DNA of 64,000 nucleotides from Mobula hypostoma (GCF_963921235.1 NC_086101.1:10604001-10668000), one strand, 5' to 3'. Shown: positions 12,500-24,000, counted from the stretch's first letter. Program-made: numbers and translations. The notes: generated from the sequence alone by a model not told the origin.

Positions 12500-13530
12500 G
12501 ATTAAGTCTTTACCTATTCAATCTTTCCTTGTAACTCAAGTCCTCCAGCACTGGCAACATCCTTGGAAAAAAAAAGCATCTTTCTCTTTACTCTTTCAAC
12601 CTTCCTCCAAGGGGACGACAACCTTGTCACGGTTTGGAAGCTGGCGTGCCTCAATGACCTGGAGAACTATGCAGGCTGGAGTCAGGGCAGTAAACTTTGG
12701 CTCTTGGTTAGGGTCACACATGCCGAAAAGGTCAAAGGGTTGAGGCCAGACTGAAACTGGTCCATGGTCCACCAGGTTCAGGGGTTCAGCTCAGGGCTAA
12801 CTGGAAAACCAAAATTGTTACGGAAACAGCAATGAAAAGCTCTTCTACATCAGAATGTGACAGTATTCCCGAGTCTCCAACCAGGACTTGTATGGTTGAC
12901 AGTAGTGAAAACGGAGAAAAAGCTACTGATACAATGCAGGAAGTTCTCAACACCACCAGAGATGGAGGACCTTCATTGCTGCCCTAAAAGCCAGCGGCTG
13001 TAACGGGCAGCAAGTACGTCTTTCAACCTTATTTACATCTTTCCTGTAGGTAGGTGACCAAAGTTGCACGCAATACTCCAAATCAGGCCTTACCAGTGTC
13101 TCAGACAACTTCAACATAACATCCCATCTCCTGCGCTCAAAACTTCAATTTTTGGCAGACGTGCCAAAAACTTTCTTTACAACCCTATCTACCTGTGACT
13201 CCACTTTCAATGAATTATTGACCTGCATTCTGAGATCCCTTTGTACTCCCTCACATCTCAGGGCCCTACAGTTCATTGTGTTGGTCCTACCAAAGTGAAA
13301 TACCTCACACTTCTCCTTAAAATTCCATCTGTCATTTTTCAGCTGATGGAGATCCTGCTCCAAGCCATGGTAGCCTTCTTCACTATGCACTAAACCCTCA
13401 ATCTTTGTGTTATTGACAGCTTTGCTGATCCAGTTAACATCATCAGCCAGCTCATGGATATAGATGGCAAACACCAACATACCCAGCACTGATCCCCACG
13501 GCACACCACTAGTCACAGGCCTCCAGTCAG
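12500..13530 (-). mobile_element. CR1 RT fragment, host of the RTE-like copy 2
   Basis: TSGVPWGSVLG...WISKAVNNTKI...KCEVFHFGR. Confidence 0.85.
12604..13018 (+). mobile_element. Short non-autonomous RTE-like element, copy 2
   Basis: Perfect 12-bp TSD TCTTTCAACCTT (12592-12603 and 13019-13030); homologous to 8602-9025. Confidence 0.85.
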
Positions 13531-14602
13531 TTGTAAATATGACATTATGATCACTGGTTGCAAATTATTCCCCTGCACAAACTTCTGTCACCTACCCTAC
13601 ATGGACATCCCTTCATTGTGAGGCTGTGCCCTCCGGTCCTAGATCCTCACGTTATTGGAAACATCATCTGCAGGTTTAACTGTACAGCCTTGCGATTCCT
13701 CTGTAACTTCAGGACTGTCCTGATGCAATTTTCAACCCGAAACGTCAACAGTTCCTTCCGACCCACTGAGTTCCACTGAACTGTGGGGTGGCTAAGCTGT
13801 GTTGAGTATGTCTGTTGCTTCAGACTCCAGCATCTCCAGTCTCCCACGCTCCAAGGAATAACCTATTCAGTAACCTATTCCTAACCTATTCAATCTTTCC
13901 CTCTAACTCGGGTTTTCAATTCCCTGCAAGTTTTCTGTACACCTTTAATCTTATTGACACATTGCCTGTAAAAACATCCTCAAAATTCCCGAGTTAAATT
14001 AGGCCAGGCCTCGATGATAAGCAGCTGACAGTTGTAGTGTGGCTGAACTGTGAGAGTGTGTCTGTCTATCACCAGGGCCAAATGTCACCTGCTGTATCAC
14101 AACCACTCCTCTAGTTCTCGTCTCACCTCACCTCACCTCAGTGGGCAAAACCTGCTTGCATTTACCCTATTGATACCCCTCATCATTTTGCACACCTCTA
14201 TCCAAACTTCTCTTAAACATTGAAATCAAGCCAGCATCCATCACTTGTGTCGCCCACCACAAAGCTGACGGTATCATAACCACCCAACTTTCCTGTAGCC
14301 TTCTGCAAATTACTCACAATTCATATTCATTTTGCTCTCCAAGCAGATCATTTCTTTTACTCCCAATCACCTCTTAACTTGAATTCTTGCTGAAATATGT
14401 AAAACTCCCTTTACTTGCCATCAGTGTTTTGACCCTTTCTTTTCCGGGAGACTTCCGGTAGCGCTCATGGAGTGAAGTCGCGTTCTTGACTCGCTCCATT
14501 ACCTCTGAGTTTTTTCTCTCTATGGTCAGCTATACTTTAATTAACTATTAAGGCATCAATTTTTACAATATTTTGAATTAAACTGAATTCTCTGACAATT
14601 GG

Positions 14603-15502
14603 ATGATATTGAGATCGGCTATGTCTAAGAACGGGAAAGACGGCAAGGATGGTAAACCTCCGGTTAAACCGAAAGCTACGGATCTCCCTCCGACTGAATC
14701 ACCGGTGACTTTGAAAGCGATATCGGAGTTAATTCAGAGGGAAATTTCAACCTCTGTTAGGGAGATGATTCGTACAGAAATTATGGGCTTTGTTAAAGAC
14801 CTGATTCATACGGAAATCTCAACTAAGTTCCAGAAAATTGCCGATTTAATTGATAAGATGCAAACATGTATTGCGGAACATCAGTCGGCTATATCTGATC
14901 TTCAAAAATCCGCGCAACAAAGTGAGCTTAAGATGGGGAAAGTCGAAGAAACAATTAATGTAATGAAGAAGAAACTTGACTTTTTGACTTTTAAAAACTC
15001 TGACTTGGAATCTAGAATGCGACGGCAGAATTTACGAATGATTGGCGTCAGGGAAGCCGTGGAAGCTAACAACCCTATGAAATATTTCTCCCAACTTTTA
15101 AAAGATGCATTCCCTACTGTATTTCCTGACCAACCACCGCTACTGGATCGTGTTCACAGAATCCCATCATACTCGTCTAGGTCAGATAGACCGAGGCATG
15201 TTATCTTACGTTTTCATTACTTTCAAGACAAGGAGAGACTGTTTCGATTCGCTCGATCTAAAGGTTTCATTGATTTTTCGGATCTTAAGTTCCGATTCGT
15301 GGAAGATTTCAGTAAACCAATCTGGGACCAACGGGTCCGTTACAGATCCGTGATGTCGGAATTCTATAAGATGGATTTAAGACCAGCGCTGCTGTACCCT
15401 GCACGTCTAAGGATTCGCATGTTAGATGGAGCCCTTCGTTTTTTTGATTCTCTATCGGATGCCCAGAGTTATCTGGATCAACTTTCATCTTCAACATCTT
15501 AA
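14603..15502 (+). CDS. L1 ORF1p (coiled coil, RRM, CTD); alternative start at ATG 14621
   Basis: Open 299-aa frame with LESRMRRQNLRMIGVRE, LDRVHR, RPRHVILRF and LLYPARLRI. Confidence 0.93.
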   Translation: MILRSAMSKNGKDGKDGKPPVKPKATDLPPTESPVTLKAISELIQREISTSVREMIRTEIMGFVKDLIHTEISTKFQKIADLIDKMQTCIAEHQSAISDLQKSAQQSELKMGKVEETINVMKKKLDFLTFKNSDLESRMRRQNLRMIGVREAVEANNPMKYFSQLLKDAFPTVFPDQPPLLDRVHRIPSYSSRSDRPRHVILRFHYFQDKERLFRFARSKGFIDFSDLKFRFVEDFSKPIWDQRVRYRSVMSEFYKMDLRPALLYPARLRIRMLDGALRFFDSLSDAQSYLDQLSSSTS

Positions 15503-16225
15503 TTGCCTTTTTTTTAAATTTTCTCCGTTGATCGGAGGCTGTGAATTGGTTGGTTTTAACTTTTCTGTGCCCTATTTGGGCAGAAAAGTTTACTTTCGAT
15601 TTCTTAATATGGCTGCTAAACTTTCTTTTTAACTGCGTCATTTCTTTCTTTTCCCAGGGGATTCTGAGTGGTTACTTCCCTTTTGTCATCTTACGTATTT
15701 CCTGTGCGGCCTTAAATTTTGTAGTTTTTTTTAAATTTTATTCTGTTTTGCTTTTTATAATCATTTTATGTTAATAATCCTATTTTTTTTTTGTTGCTGT
15801 GTCTATTCATGAGTTTGAGGTTTATTGTGGTTTTTTTTTAATATATACTTTCCGGCTTTTGTTCTGTTCTGTGTGTATTTTAATTGAGCTAACTTTTTTT
15901 TACTTTTTTTTTACTGTTTTACAATTAGCTGACCCTTTTCATATTTATACCTTTTTTTTAGGGAGCGTATACCGGAAGTCATGGGGGTAGTTTTAGCGCT
16001 TGCTTCTTTCTGGCGGGTCTGCTTTAGATTTCGCCTTGGGGTCTTGGGGTGGGGGGTGGTGGGAGGGGCTTCACGTTTTAGTTTGTTTCTCTTTGGGCTA
16101 TATACATTATTGAAGTATTGGTTGCGTCCTTTTCCCCGGTATCTTTTGTATGTTCTGTTTCCTCTCCGGGTTTGTGGGTCGCGCCTATTGTCAATCCTCC
16201 TTGTTATGGGTTGACTTTAGGATTT

Positions 16226-19200
16226 ATGGAGTCTATTATTAATTTTGTCTCCTGGAATACTAATGGTCTTAATCATCCTATTAAAAGGAAAAAAGTTTTT
16301 AAAGTGTTCCGGAGACTTAAAGCACAAATTTTATTTTTACAAGAGACCCATGTACGGAGGGGGGACAGACTACGTTTTTTCAAATTCTGGAAGGGACAAC
16401 AATTTCATTCGAACTCCAATGCTAAGATTCGAGGCGTCTCTATTTTTATAGACTCCTCAGTTACTTTTATACAACAGGATATTATCTCTGATCCGAATGG
16501 TAGATTTTTACTGGTTAGTGGTTTACTATTTAATAAAAAAGTAGTTTTGGTTAATGTTTATGCTCCTAATATGGATTGTCCGGAATTTTATAAATCATTG
16601 TTTGATCAGTTTCCGAATTTGAACGAGTTTTCATTGATTTGGGGCGGAGATCTTAATACCTGTTTATCTCCAGCTTTGGACCGTTCGGCTCCTTTACGGA
16701 CTTTACCTAATAAATCTGCAAATTTGATTAATTTTTTCCTTTCTGATTCTGGGTCGACGGACATTTGGCGTTTTCTGCATCCTCAGGAAAAAGATTTTTC
16801 CTTCTTTTCACATGTTCATCATTCCTATTCAAGAATTGATTATTTTTTCATTGATTCTCGTCTCATTCCTTCAGTGATTAAATGTGATTATGATTCTATA
16901 ACCATTTCGGATCATGCTCCACTTAAGCTTTCTATTAAAATTATGGCCAATATACCAAACAATAGACAATGGCGTTTTAATTCGCTGTTGCTTCAGGACT
17001 CGGACTTTGTTAATTTTATGAATGAACAGATTGAGCTTTTTTTTACAATTAACCATACAGAAGATATTTCGGTTAACACTCTTTGGGACACTTTTAAAGC
17101 CTATATTCGGGGTCAGATTATTTCGTATTCCGTTGCTTTGAGGAAGAAACAGAAGCAGGAGGAGATGGCAATTGTGGACAAGATTAAAGAAATTGATAAG
17201 AAATATGTTATGGCTCCTTCTGAGGAGCTATACAAACAAAGAACTGAACTTCAAATGGAACACAGTTTACTACTCTCGTCCTCGATTGTAAACCAATTAA
17301 AGAAAACAAGAAGTGATTTTTATGTTCACAGTGATAAAATTGGCAAGCTGCTGGCTAATCAATTGAAATCTAATTATGTTAAATCTCAAATCAATCAGAT
17401 TTATAACCAAAATGATCGATTGATATTGGATCATGTGGGGATTAATCAAACCTTTTGTGATTTTTATTCTTCTTTATATCAATCAGAGTCTCCTCGAGAT
17501 TCTAAATATATGAATGATTTTTTAGATAAGTTAGACTTCCCTCAGATTTCACAGGATATGTCTTCTTTATTAGATACTTCCATTACAATGGATGAGATTA
17601 AGAATGTTATTTTTTCTATGAATCTGGGGAAAGCTCCTGGCCCTGATGGGTTTACCGTTGAATTTTATAAATGTTTTGCTTCTTTATTGATTCCTTGGCT
17701 CTATAAGGTTTTTGAGGCTTCTTTGAAACTTGGTAAACTTCCGGAATCTTTTAATAGAGCATCAATTTCTTTAATACTAAAGAAGGATAAAGACCCTGCT
17801 CAATGTGCATCTTATAGACCAATATCTTTATTAAATGTTGATTCTAAAGTTTTTTCCAAGTTATTAGCAAATAGACTAGAAAAAGTACTTCCTTCTATTA
17901 TTTCGGAAGACCAAACGGGTTTTATTAAAGGTCGTTACTCTTTTTATAATATTCGTACATTGTTAAATATCGTTTATACTCCCTCACAAAATGTTCCTGA
18001 GTGTGTTATTTCTTTAGATGCCGAGAAAGCTTTTGATAGAGTAGAATGGCCTTATTTATTTAAGGTGCTTGAAATGTTTAATTTTAGCTTGAAATTTATA
18101 TCCTGGATTAAACTGTTATATCACTCCCCTGTAGCCTCGGTTCGTACTAACTCCTTAAACTCACCTTTTTTTCCTCTCTTTCGTGGTACTCGACAAGGCT
18201 GTCCTCTTAGTCCCCTATTATTTGATATTGCATTAGAACCTCTTGCAATTGCTATTCGAGAATCTTCAAATGTTACTGGGATAACTCGGGGATTAAAGTC
18301 CCATAAATTATCACTCTATGCTGATGATTTACTTTTATATATTTCTAATCCTGAGAGATCCATTCCTGCTGTTTTAGAGTTATTAGCACAATTTGGTCTT
18401 TTCTCAGGTTATAAATTAAATCTTAGTAAGAGTGAACTTTTTCCGATTAATAAACATCTTCCCTTATATTATAAATTTCCATTTAAATTGATTAATAATT
18501 ACTTTTCATATCTTGGGATTAAAATTACTTGTAAACATAAAGATTTATTTAAGACTAACTTTTTACCATTAATAGACCATATTACTCAACTTTCATCTAA
18601 ATGGTTTCCCTTATATTTAACTTTGATTGGTCGTATTAATGCAGTTAAGATGTTTTTTTTGCCAAAATTTTTATATGTGTTTCAGGCATTACCAATTTTC
18701 GTTCCTAAATCTTTTTTTGATAAAGTTGACTCTAAAATTTCTTCATTTATTTGGCAGAATAAGAATCCGAGACTGGGTAAAATACATTTACAGAAAGCTA
18801 AGAGAGATGGAGGTTTAGCATTACCTAACTTTAGATTTTATTATTGGGCTATTAATATTCGACATATGAAATTTTGGTTACTTGACCGGGACATACTATC
18901 TATTCCTAAATGGGTAGCATTGGAATTACAATCTGTTCAGGGTTATACACTTGGTTCTATTTTAGGTTCCTCTCTTCCTTTTGATTCGAAACGCCTTAAG
19001 CAGGTCTCTAACCCGATAGTTAAATATGCTTTGCGCATTTGGTTTCAATTCAGAAAATTTTTTGATCTTAATCAATTCGGGTTAGCGATTCCTATTTTAG
19101 GTAACATATTTTTTCCTCCCTCTTTTACGGATCGCGCTTTTCAAACTTGGAAGACTAAGGGTATTTTACGGTTTTTGGATTTATTTTTAGATGGTTCCCT

Positions 19201-20002
19201 TATGTCTTTTGAACAATTATCTAATAAATATAACTTATCAAGAATACATTTTTTTAGATATTTACAAGTTAGAAATTTCCTAAGTACTATACTTTCTTCC
19301 TTTCCAATGCTTCCTCCTATATATATTTTAGATTCGATAATTAACCTTAATCCATGTCAGAAAGGTGCATCGGCTATGATTTATAATATTATTATGAAAC
19401 TTAGGAAAGCTCCATTTGATAAGATTAGGGTAGATTGGGAACAGGAATTGGGGCTTACCATTTCTGTGGATGATTGGGGGCAGATTTTACAATTAGTTAA
19501 TACTTCCTCTATTTGTGCTAAACATTCCCTAATTCAATTTAAAGTGGTTCATAGAGCACATATGTCCAAAGATAAGTTAGCGCGTTTTTACTCGCATATT
19601 AATCCTTTCTGTGATAGATGTTCGGGGCAGATAGCCTCTTTAACTCATATGTTTTGGTCTTGCCCTACTTTGGAAACTTTTTGGAGAGATATTTTCAATA
19701 TTATTTCTAAGGTATTAAATATAGATATCTCTCCTCACCCTATTACTGCTATCTTTGGACTACCTAAAATTTCTAGTAATCTTTCCCCTTCAGCCCGTAG
19801 AATGATTGCATTTCTTACTTTAATGGCGAAAAGATGTATTTTACAACATTGGAAAGAGCTTAATGCTCCAACTACCTTTTTTTGGTTTTCTCAGACGATT
19901 TTATGTTTGAATCTGGAGAAAATTAGAAGTAACCTTTATGATTCTTCATTTAAATTTGAACAGATTTGGGGACCTTTTATTCGATATTTTCATTTAATTT
20001 AA
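16226..20002 (+). CDS. L1 ORF2p (APE endonuclease, reverse transcriptase, C-terminal CCHC), 1258 aa, uninterrupted
   Basis: SWNTNGL, LQETH, GGDLN, SRIDY, SDH; KAPGPDG, YRPISLL, DAEKAFD, GTRQGCPLSP, YADD; CDRC..LTHMFWSC. First ATG is at 16226; the ORF track starts upstream at a TTG. Confidence 0.97.
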   Translation: MESIINFVSWNTNGLNHPIKRKKVFKVFRRLKAQILFLQETHVRRGDRLRFFKFWKGQQFHSNSNAKIRGVSIFIDSSVTFIQQDIISDPNGRFLLVSGLLFNKKVVLVNVYAPNMDCPEFYKSLFDQFPNLNEFSLIWGGDLNTCLSPALDRSAPLRTLPNKSANLINFFLSDSGSTDIWRFLHPQEKDFSFFSHVHHSYSRIDYFFIDSRLIPSVIKCDYDSITISDHAPLKLSIKIMANIPNNRQWRFNSLLLQDSDFVNFMNEQIELFFTINHTEDISVNTLWDTFKAYIRGQIISYSVALRKKQKQEEMAIVDKIKEIDKKYVMAPSEELYKQRTELQMEHSLLLSSSIVNQLKKTRSDFYVHSDKIGKLLANQLKSNYVKSQINQIYNQNDRLILDHVGINQTFCDFYSSLYQSESPRDSKYMNDFLDKLDFPQISQDMSSLLDTSITMDEIKNVIFSMNLGKAPGPDGFTVEFYKCFASLLIPWLYKVFEASLKLGKLPESFNRASISLILKKDKDPAQCASYRPISLLNVDSKVFSKLLANRLEKVLPSIISEDQTGFIKGRYSFYNIRTLLNIVYTPSQNVPECVISLDAEKAFDRVEWPYLFKVLEMFNFSLKFISWIKLLYHSPVASVRTNSLNSPFFPLFRGTRQGCPLSPLLFDIALEPLAIAIRESSNVTGITRGLKSHKLSLYADDLLLYISNPERSIPAVLELLAQFGLFSGYKLNLSKSELFPINKHLPLYYKFPFKLINNYFSYLGIKITCKHKDLFKTNFLPLIDHITQLSSKWFPLYLTLIGRINAVKMFFLPKFLYVFQALPIFVPKSFFDKVDSKISSFIWQNKNPRLGKIHLQKAKRDGGLALPNFRFYYWAINIRHMKFWLLDRDILSIPKWVALELQSVQGYTLGSILGSSLPFDSKRLKQVSNPIVKYALRIWFQFRKFFDLNQFGLAIPILGNIFFPPSFTDRAFQTWKTKGILRFLDLFLDGSLMSFEQLSNKYNLSRIHFFRYLQVRNFLSTILSSFPMLPPIYILDSIINLNPCQKGASAMIYNIIMKLRKAPFDKIRVDWEQELGLTISVDDWGQILQLVNTSSICAKHSLIQFKVVHRAHMSKDKLARFYSHINPFCDRCSGQIASLTHMFWSCPTLETFWRDIFNIISKVLNIDISPHPITAIFGLPKISSNLSPSARRMIAFLTLMAKRCILQHWKELNAPTTFFWFSQTILCLNLEKIRSNLYDSSFKFEQIWGPFIRYFHLI

Positions 20003-20504
20003 TTTAATTTCATTTAAATATTTTTATTTACCCTTCTTGTTTTTTTTTCACTGTTTTAATGGAGGTCGGGATTGAGGACGTGATTTTAAGTTTAACTCTG
20101 TTTGGTTTCAAGTTAGCCCATTGCTTTGCTTTGCTTTTAGGTAGTTGCACGGTGGGTTTTTTTTGGGGGGGTTTTTTTTTCTTTTTTCTTTTTTTTTCCA
20201 TTGATATATATAAAATCTAGTATACTATTATGTTATCTTGGTTTCTTATGCTTAAATTACATTGTTTGTAGTATTTTCTTTTTGGTATTGTTATCTTTTG
20301 GAATTTTATTGTACTTTAACATTGTATTAATGTTTATATGGCTTACCTTTTTTGTATACTTACTCAATAAAAAGATTTAAAAAGAAAGAAAGACCCTTTC
20401 TTTTCCTTTCAACTTTTTGTTCCCCCACCCCACCCCACCCTACCCTCTGTATTGCCCACCCCTCCGTACTCCCCGTACCGGAACTAACCCACCTCACACT
20501 TATC

Positions 20505-20672
20505 TCCCACCCTCAGTACCCCTCTACCCCTCCCACCCTCTGTACCCCTCTACCCCTCCCACCCTCTGTACCCCTCACCCCTCCCACCCTCTGTACCCCT
20601 CACCCCTCCCACCCTCTGTACCCCTCACCCCTCCCACCCTCTGTACCCCTCACCCCTCCCACCCTCTGTACT
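20505..20672. repeat. 25-bp C-rich minisatellite, about 6 units
   Basis: Unit CTCCCACCCTCTGTACCCCTCACCC. Confidence 0.9.
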
Positions 20673-20891
20673 CCTTTGGATCTTCTGTAATCTTTTGGCG
20701 GTCACCGTTTGAAGCGAGTTTAACCGTTTGACACTTTCCCTTACGTGTCTAATTAGGGGAACACATGCTCCCTCCCTGCGGTTTGTCCCAGCCCCTCAAC
20801 TCGACCTCAGAACCCACCCTTATATTCCTCCAGTCCACCGCCACCTCTCACCCTCCCACAGCCAGTCCCTGTCACCCACCCAGGCCCTCAC

Positions 20892-21002
20892 CTCAACCTG
20901 CAGCACCGCGCCGGGTAAGAACAGCAAGCAGGCGGCGGCCAACAGATGCAGCCCCCGGCCGGCTCCCGATGCGCTGTGACTGCCCGGCCGCCCCTGGGCC
21001 AT
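20892..21002 (-). CDS. Putative first coding (signal-peptide) exon of an unidentified host gene
   Basis: Strong Kozak context agtATGG; peptide MAQGRPGSHSASGAGRGLHLLAAACLLFLPGAVLQVE; donor GAG|GTGAGG (phase 0); lies in CpG-rich non-repeat sequence. Confidence 0.6.
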
Positions 21003-21099
21003 ACTCCACGGCGGTGAGAGGCCGGTCGACGGGCAGCCGGGTTCCACCAGCCCGATTCTATCAGCCGTTCTGCGGCACCGCAGCACCGCTGTCTTAACT

Positions 21100-24000
21100 C
21101 ATTATTACGTGCGGTGACCGCCCCTCGTGGGCGGGTCGAGGAGGGAACCTCTCGCAACCCCTCCCCGCAGGAAGGGCGCTTGGGTTTCGGCTTTCTTTGG
21201 TGCTGGGGCTGGTGGGGGGTGGTCGTTCGGTGGGCTGTGTTTTGCTCGATGCGTGAATGTGGTTTGGAACCTGTTGAGGGAAAGAGAGTGGGGAAGCAAC
21301 GGAAATTGCTGGGAGGGGGTCGTGTGGGTCCGGTAATGGCGGACATGATGAGAGGGGCGGGGTTGAGGGAAAGAAAGTGGAGAAGGAGCGGGATAGGGAC
21401 TTGGGATCAGAGGTAGGCAGATGGGGAGAGATGGATTATTGTGAAGGGAGAAATAAAGGGAATGTGGAGATAGTGATGGGTCGGATGAATAAAAACCAAG
21501 ACAAAGGGAATAAAAGAATAACATAGAACAGTACAGCACAGTACAGGCCCTTCGGCCCACAATGTTGTGCCGACCCTCAAACCCTGCCTCCCATATAAGC
21601 CCCCACCTTAAATTCTTCCATATACCTGTCTAGTAGTCTCTTAAACTTCACTAGTGTATCTGCCTCCACCACTGACTCAGGCAGTGCATTCCACGCACCA
21701 ACCACTCTCTGAGTAAAAAACTTTCCTCTAATATCCCCCTTGAACTTCCCACCCCTTATCTTAAAGCCATGTCCTCTTGTATTGAGCAGTGGTGCCCTGG
21801 GGAAGAGGCGCTGGCTATCCACTCTATCTATTCCTCTTATTATCGTGTACACCTCTATCATGTCTCCTCTCATCCTCCTTCTCTCCAAAGAGTAAAGCCC
21901 TAGCTCCCTTAATCTCTGATCATAATCCATACTTTCTAAACCAGGCAGCATCCTGGTAAATCTCCTCTGTACCCTTTCCAATGCTTCCACATCCTTCCTA
22001 TAGTGAGGTGACCAGAACTGGACACAGTACTCCAAGTGTGGCCTAACCAGAGTTTTACATCGCATCATTACATCGCGACTCTTAAACTCTATCCCTCGAC
22101 TTATGAAAGCTAACACCCCATGAGCTTTCTTAACTACCTTATCTATCTGTGAGGCAACTTTCAGGGATCTGTGGACATGTACCCCGAGATCCGTCTGCTC
22201 CTCCATACTTCCAAGTATCCTGCCATTTACTTTGTACTCTGCCTTGGAGTTTGTCCTTCCAAAGTGTACCACCTCAAATAAGAAATGATAGTGGAGAAAG
22301 CTCTGAAAGTAAGGAAGATGAACAAGCTCTGAGAGGAGGTGTTGTCATAATTAGGTTTAATGAGAAGGCTCAGGGACATATGAAGAAAATTAACCCATTT
22401 GTGCTAACAACAACTCTGGCAAATAAGATAGGGGAAATAGTATTTGCAAAAGTCCTTAATGATGGCAACTTATCGGTAAGATGTGCGAATGAGGAACAAC
22501 TTGAGAAAGCACTCAAGCTAAAAGAGATAGGAAAATGCAAGGTGGAATACACTGGGAGGGTGGGAGCACAAAATAGTGGTTGTAAAGGAGTGATCATGAG
22601 GGTACCAATGAGTCTCGATATGGAGGTGTTAAAGAGGAATATCAAAGGAGGGAAAGTAATGAATGTTCAAAGACCGAAAACAGCAAAGGAGGGAGTGAAA
22701 AAGGAAAGTGAATCAGTATTGATCGAATTTGAAGAAGAAAGCGTGCCAAGGAAGGTGTTCCTGGGTTTCATGAGTTACCCAGTAAAGGTGTATATGCCAA
22801 AGCCACTGAGGTGCTATAATTGTCAAAGGTTTGGACACATAGCTAAAAACTGTAAAAGGCAGAGGAGATGTGCTAGATGTCGGGGTGATCATGAATATGG
22901 AAAGTGCGGAACAGGAGTTCAACCAAAATGCTGCAATTGTGGAGGAGTTCATAATGTTGCATATAGTGGGTGTGAGGTTGTGAGACGGGAGAATAAAATT
23001 CAAGAAATAAGAGTGAAAAGAAAGATCACTTATGCAGAAGCTGTAAGAATGTCAAGAGAACAGAATAATGCTCCTAATGAACAGGGAGCAATAGGGATAC
23101 GAGAGATGCAACAAAGAACAAATGACAGGATTTATGTAGACAAAAAGGCTCTAGTAACATTCATTGCAGGAGTGATTAATAGTACAGCTGAGGTAAAGTC
23201 AAAAAGTGACAAAATTCAGCTGATGGTAAAAGCAGCAGTAAACCATTTAGGGTTAGTAGGACTGACATGGGAAGAAGTGAGGGAGAACCTCACGAAACAG
23301 TCAAGCCAGGAAATGTCATGTGTTGGTTAATACTAATTATGGTGATTCTTTTACAATGGAATGCAAGGAGATTACTGGCCAATAGCCAGGAATTCAAGCA
23401 CTTTATTAAAGAAATGGTTGTAAAACCGGATGTAGTGTGTATTCAGGAAACTTGGTTGAAACCAACTTTCGACTTTGTGGTATATGGGTATACAATGATA
23501 AGGAAAGATAGAAATCTAGGGGGAGGAGGGGGTTGTGCTATGTTAATCAAGCAAGGTATACCATATAGGGTACTGGGAAAAGGAGATGATCAGGAATACA
23601 TAGTGGTGGAAGTGTGGGAGAGAGGGGAGGGAGTGGTTATAATTGACTACCACCATCCATGAAAAAGGTTGCATTTGGACAGCCTATTAAAGATACAAGG
23701 ACAAAACAGACATAAAGTAGTGTGGTGTGCAGATTTCAATGCTCATAGCACAATATGGGGGTATCCGATTACAGATTCAAATGGAAAGGTAATTGAAGAT
23801 TTGATGGAAGAAAGGGATTTGGTGTGTATGAATGATGGTGGAGGCACAAGGATAGATATAACAACAGGAACTGAGTCAGTGTTATATATTACATTAGTGT
23901 CTAATACCTTGGCTGGCATTAGTAACTGGGGAGTTTGGACTGCTTCAACAGTAGGCAGTGATCACTATCCAGTTTTGTGTTCAGTGGTTGAAAGAGTTGA

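Larger units (their letters stand above)
14446..20391 (+). mobile_element. Full-length L1-clade LINE, 5946 bp
   Basis: Perfect 15-bp TSD GACCCTTTCTTTTCC (14431-14445 and 20392-20406). Contains a 5' UTR, ORF1, a spacer of about 720 bp, ORF2, AATAAA at 20366 and an (AAAG)n tail. Confidence 0.97.

Noticed and set aside
21330..21365. YY1-like and GC-box motifs as a host promoter
   Set aside because: They coincide with the Nimb ORF1 start codon region.
22149..23330. 393-aa zinc-knuckle ORF as a host gene or CR1-Nimb fusion
   Set aside because: The first about 43 codons are antisense CR1; the rest is Nimb ORF1, which continues on the other side of the CR1.
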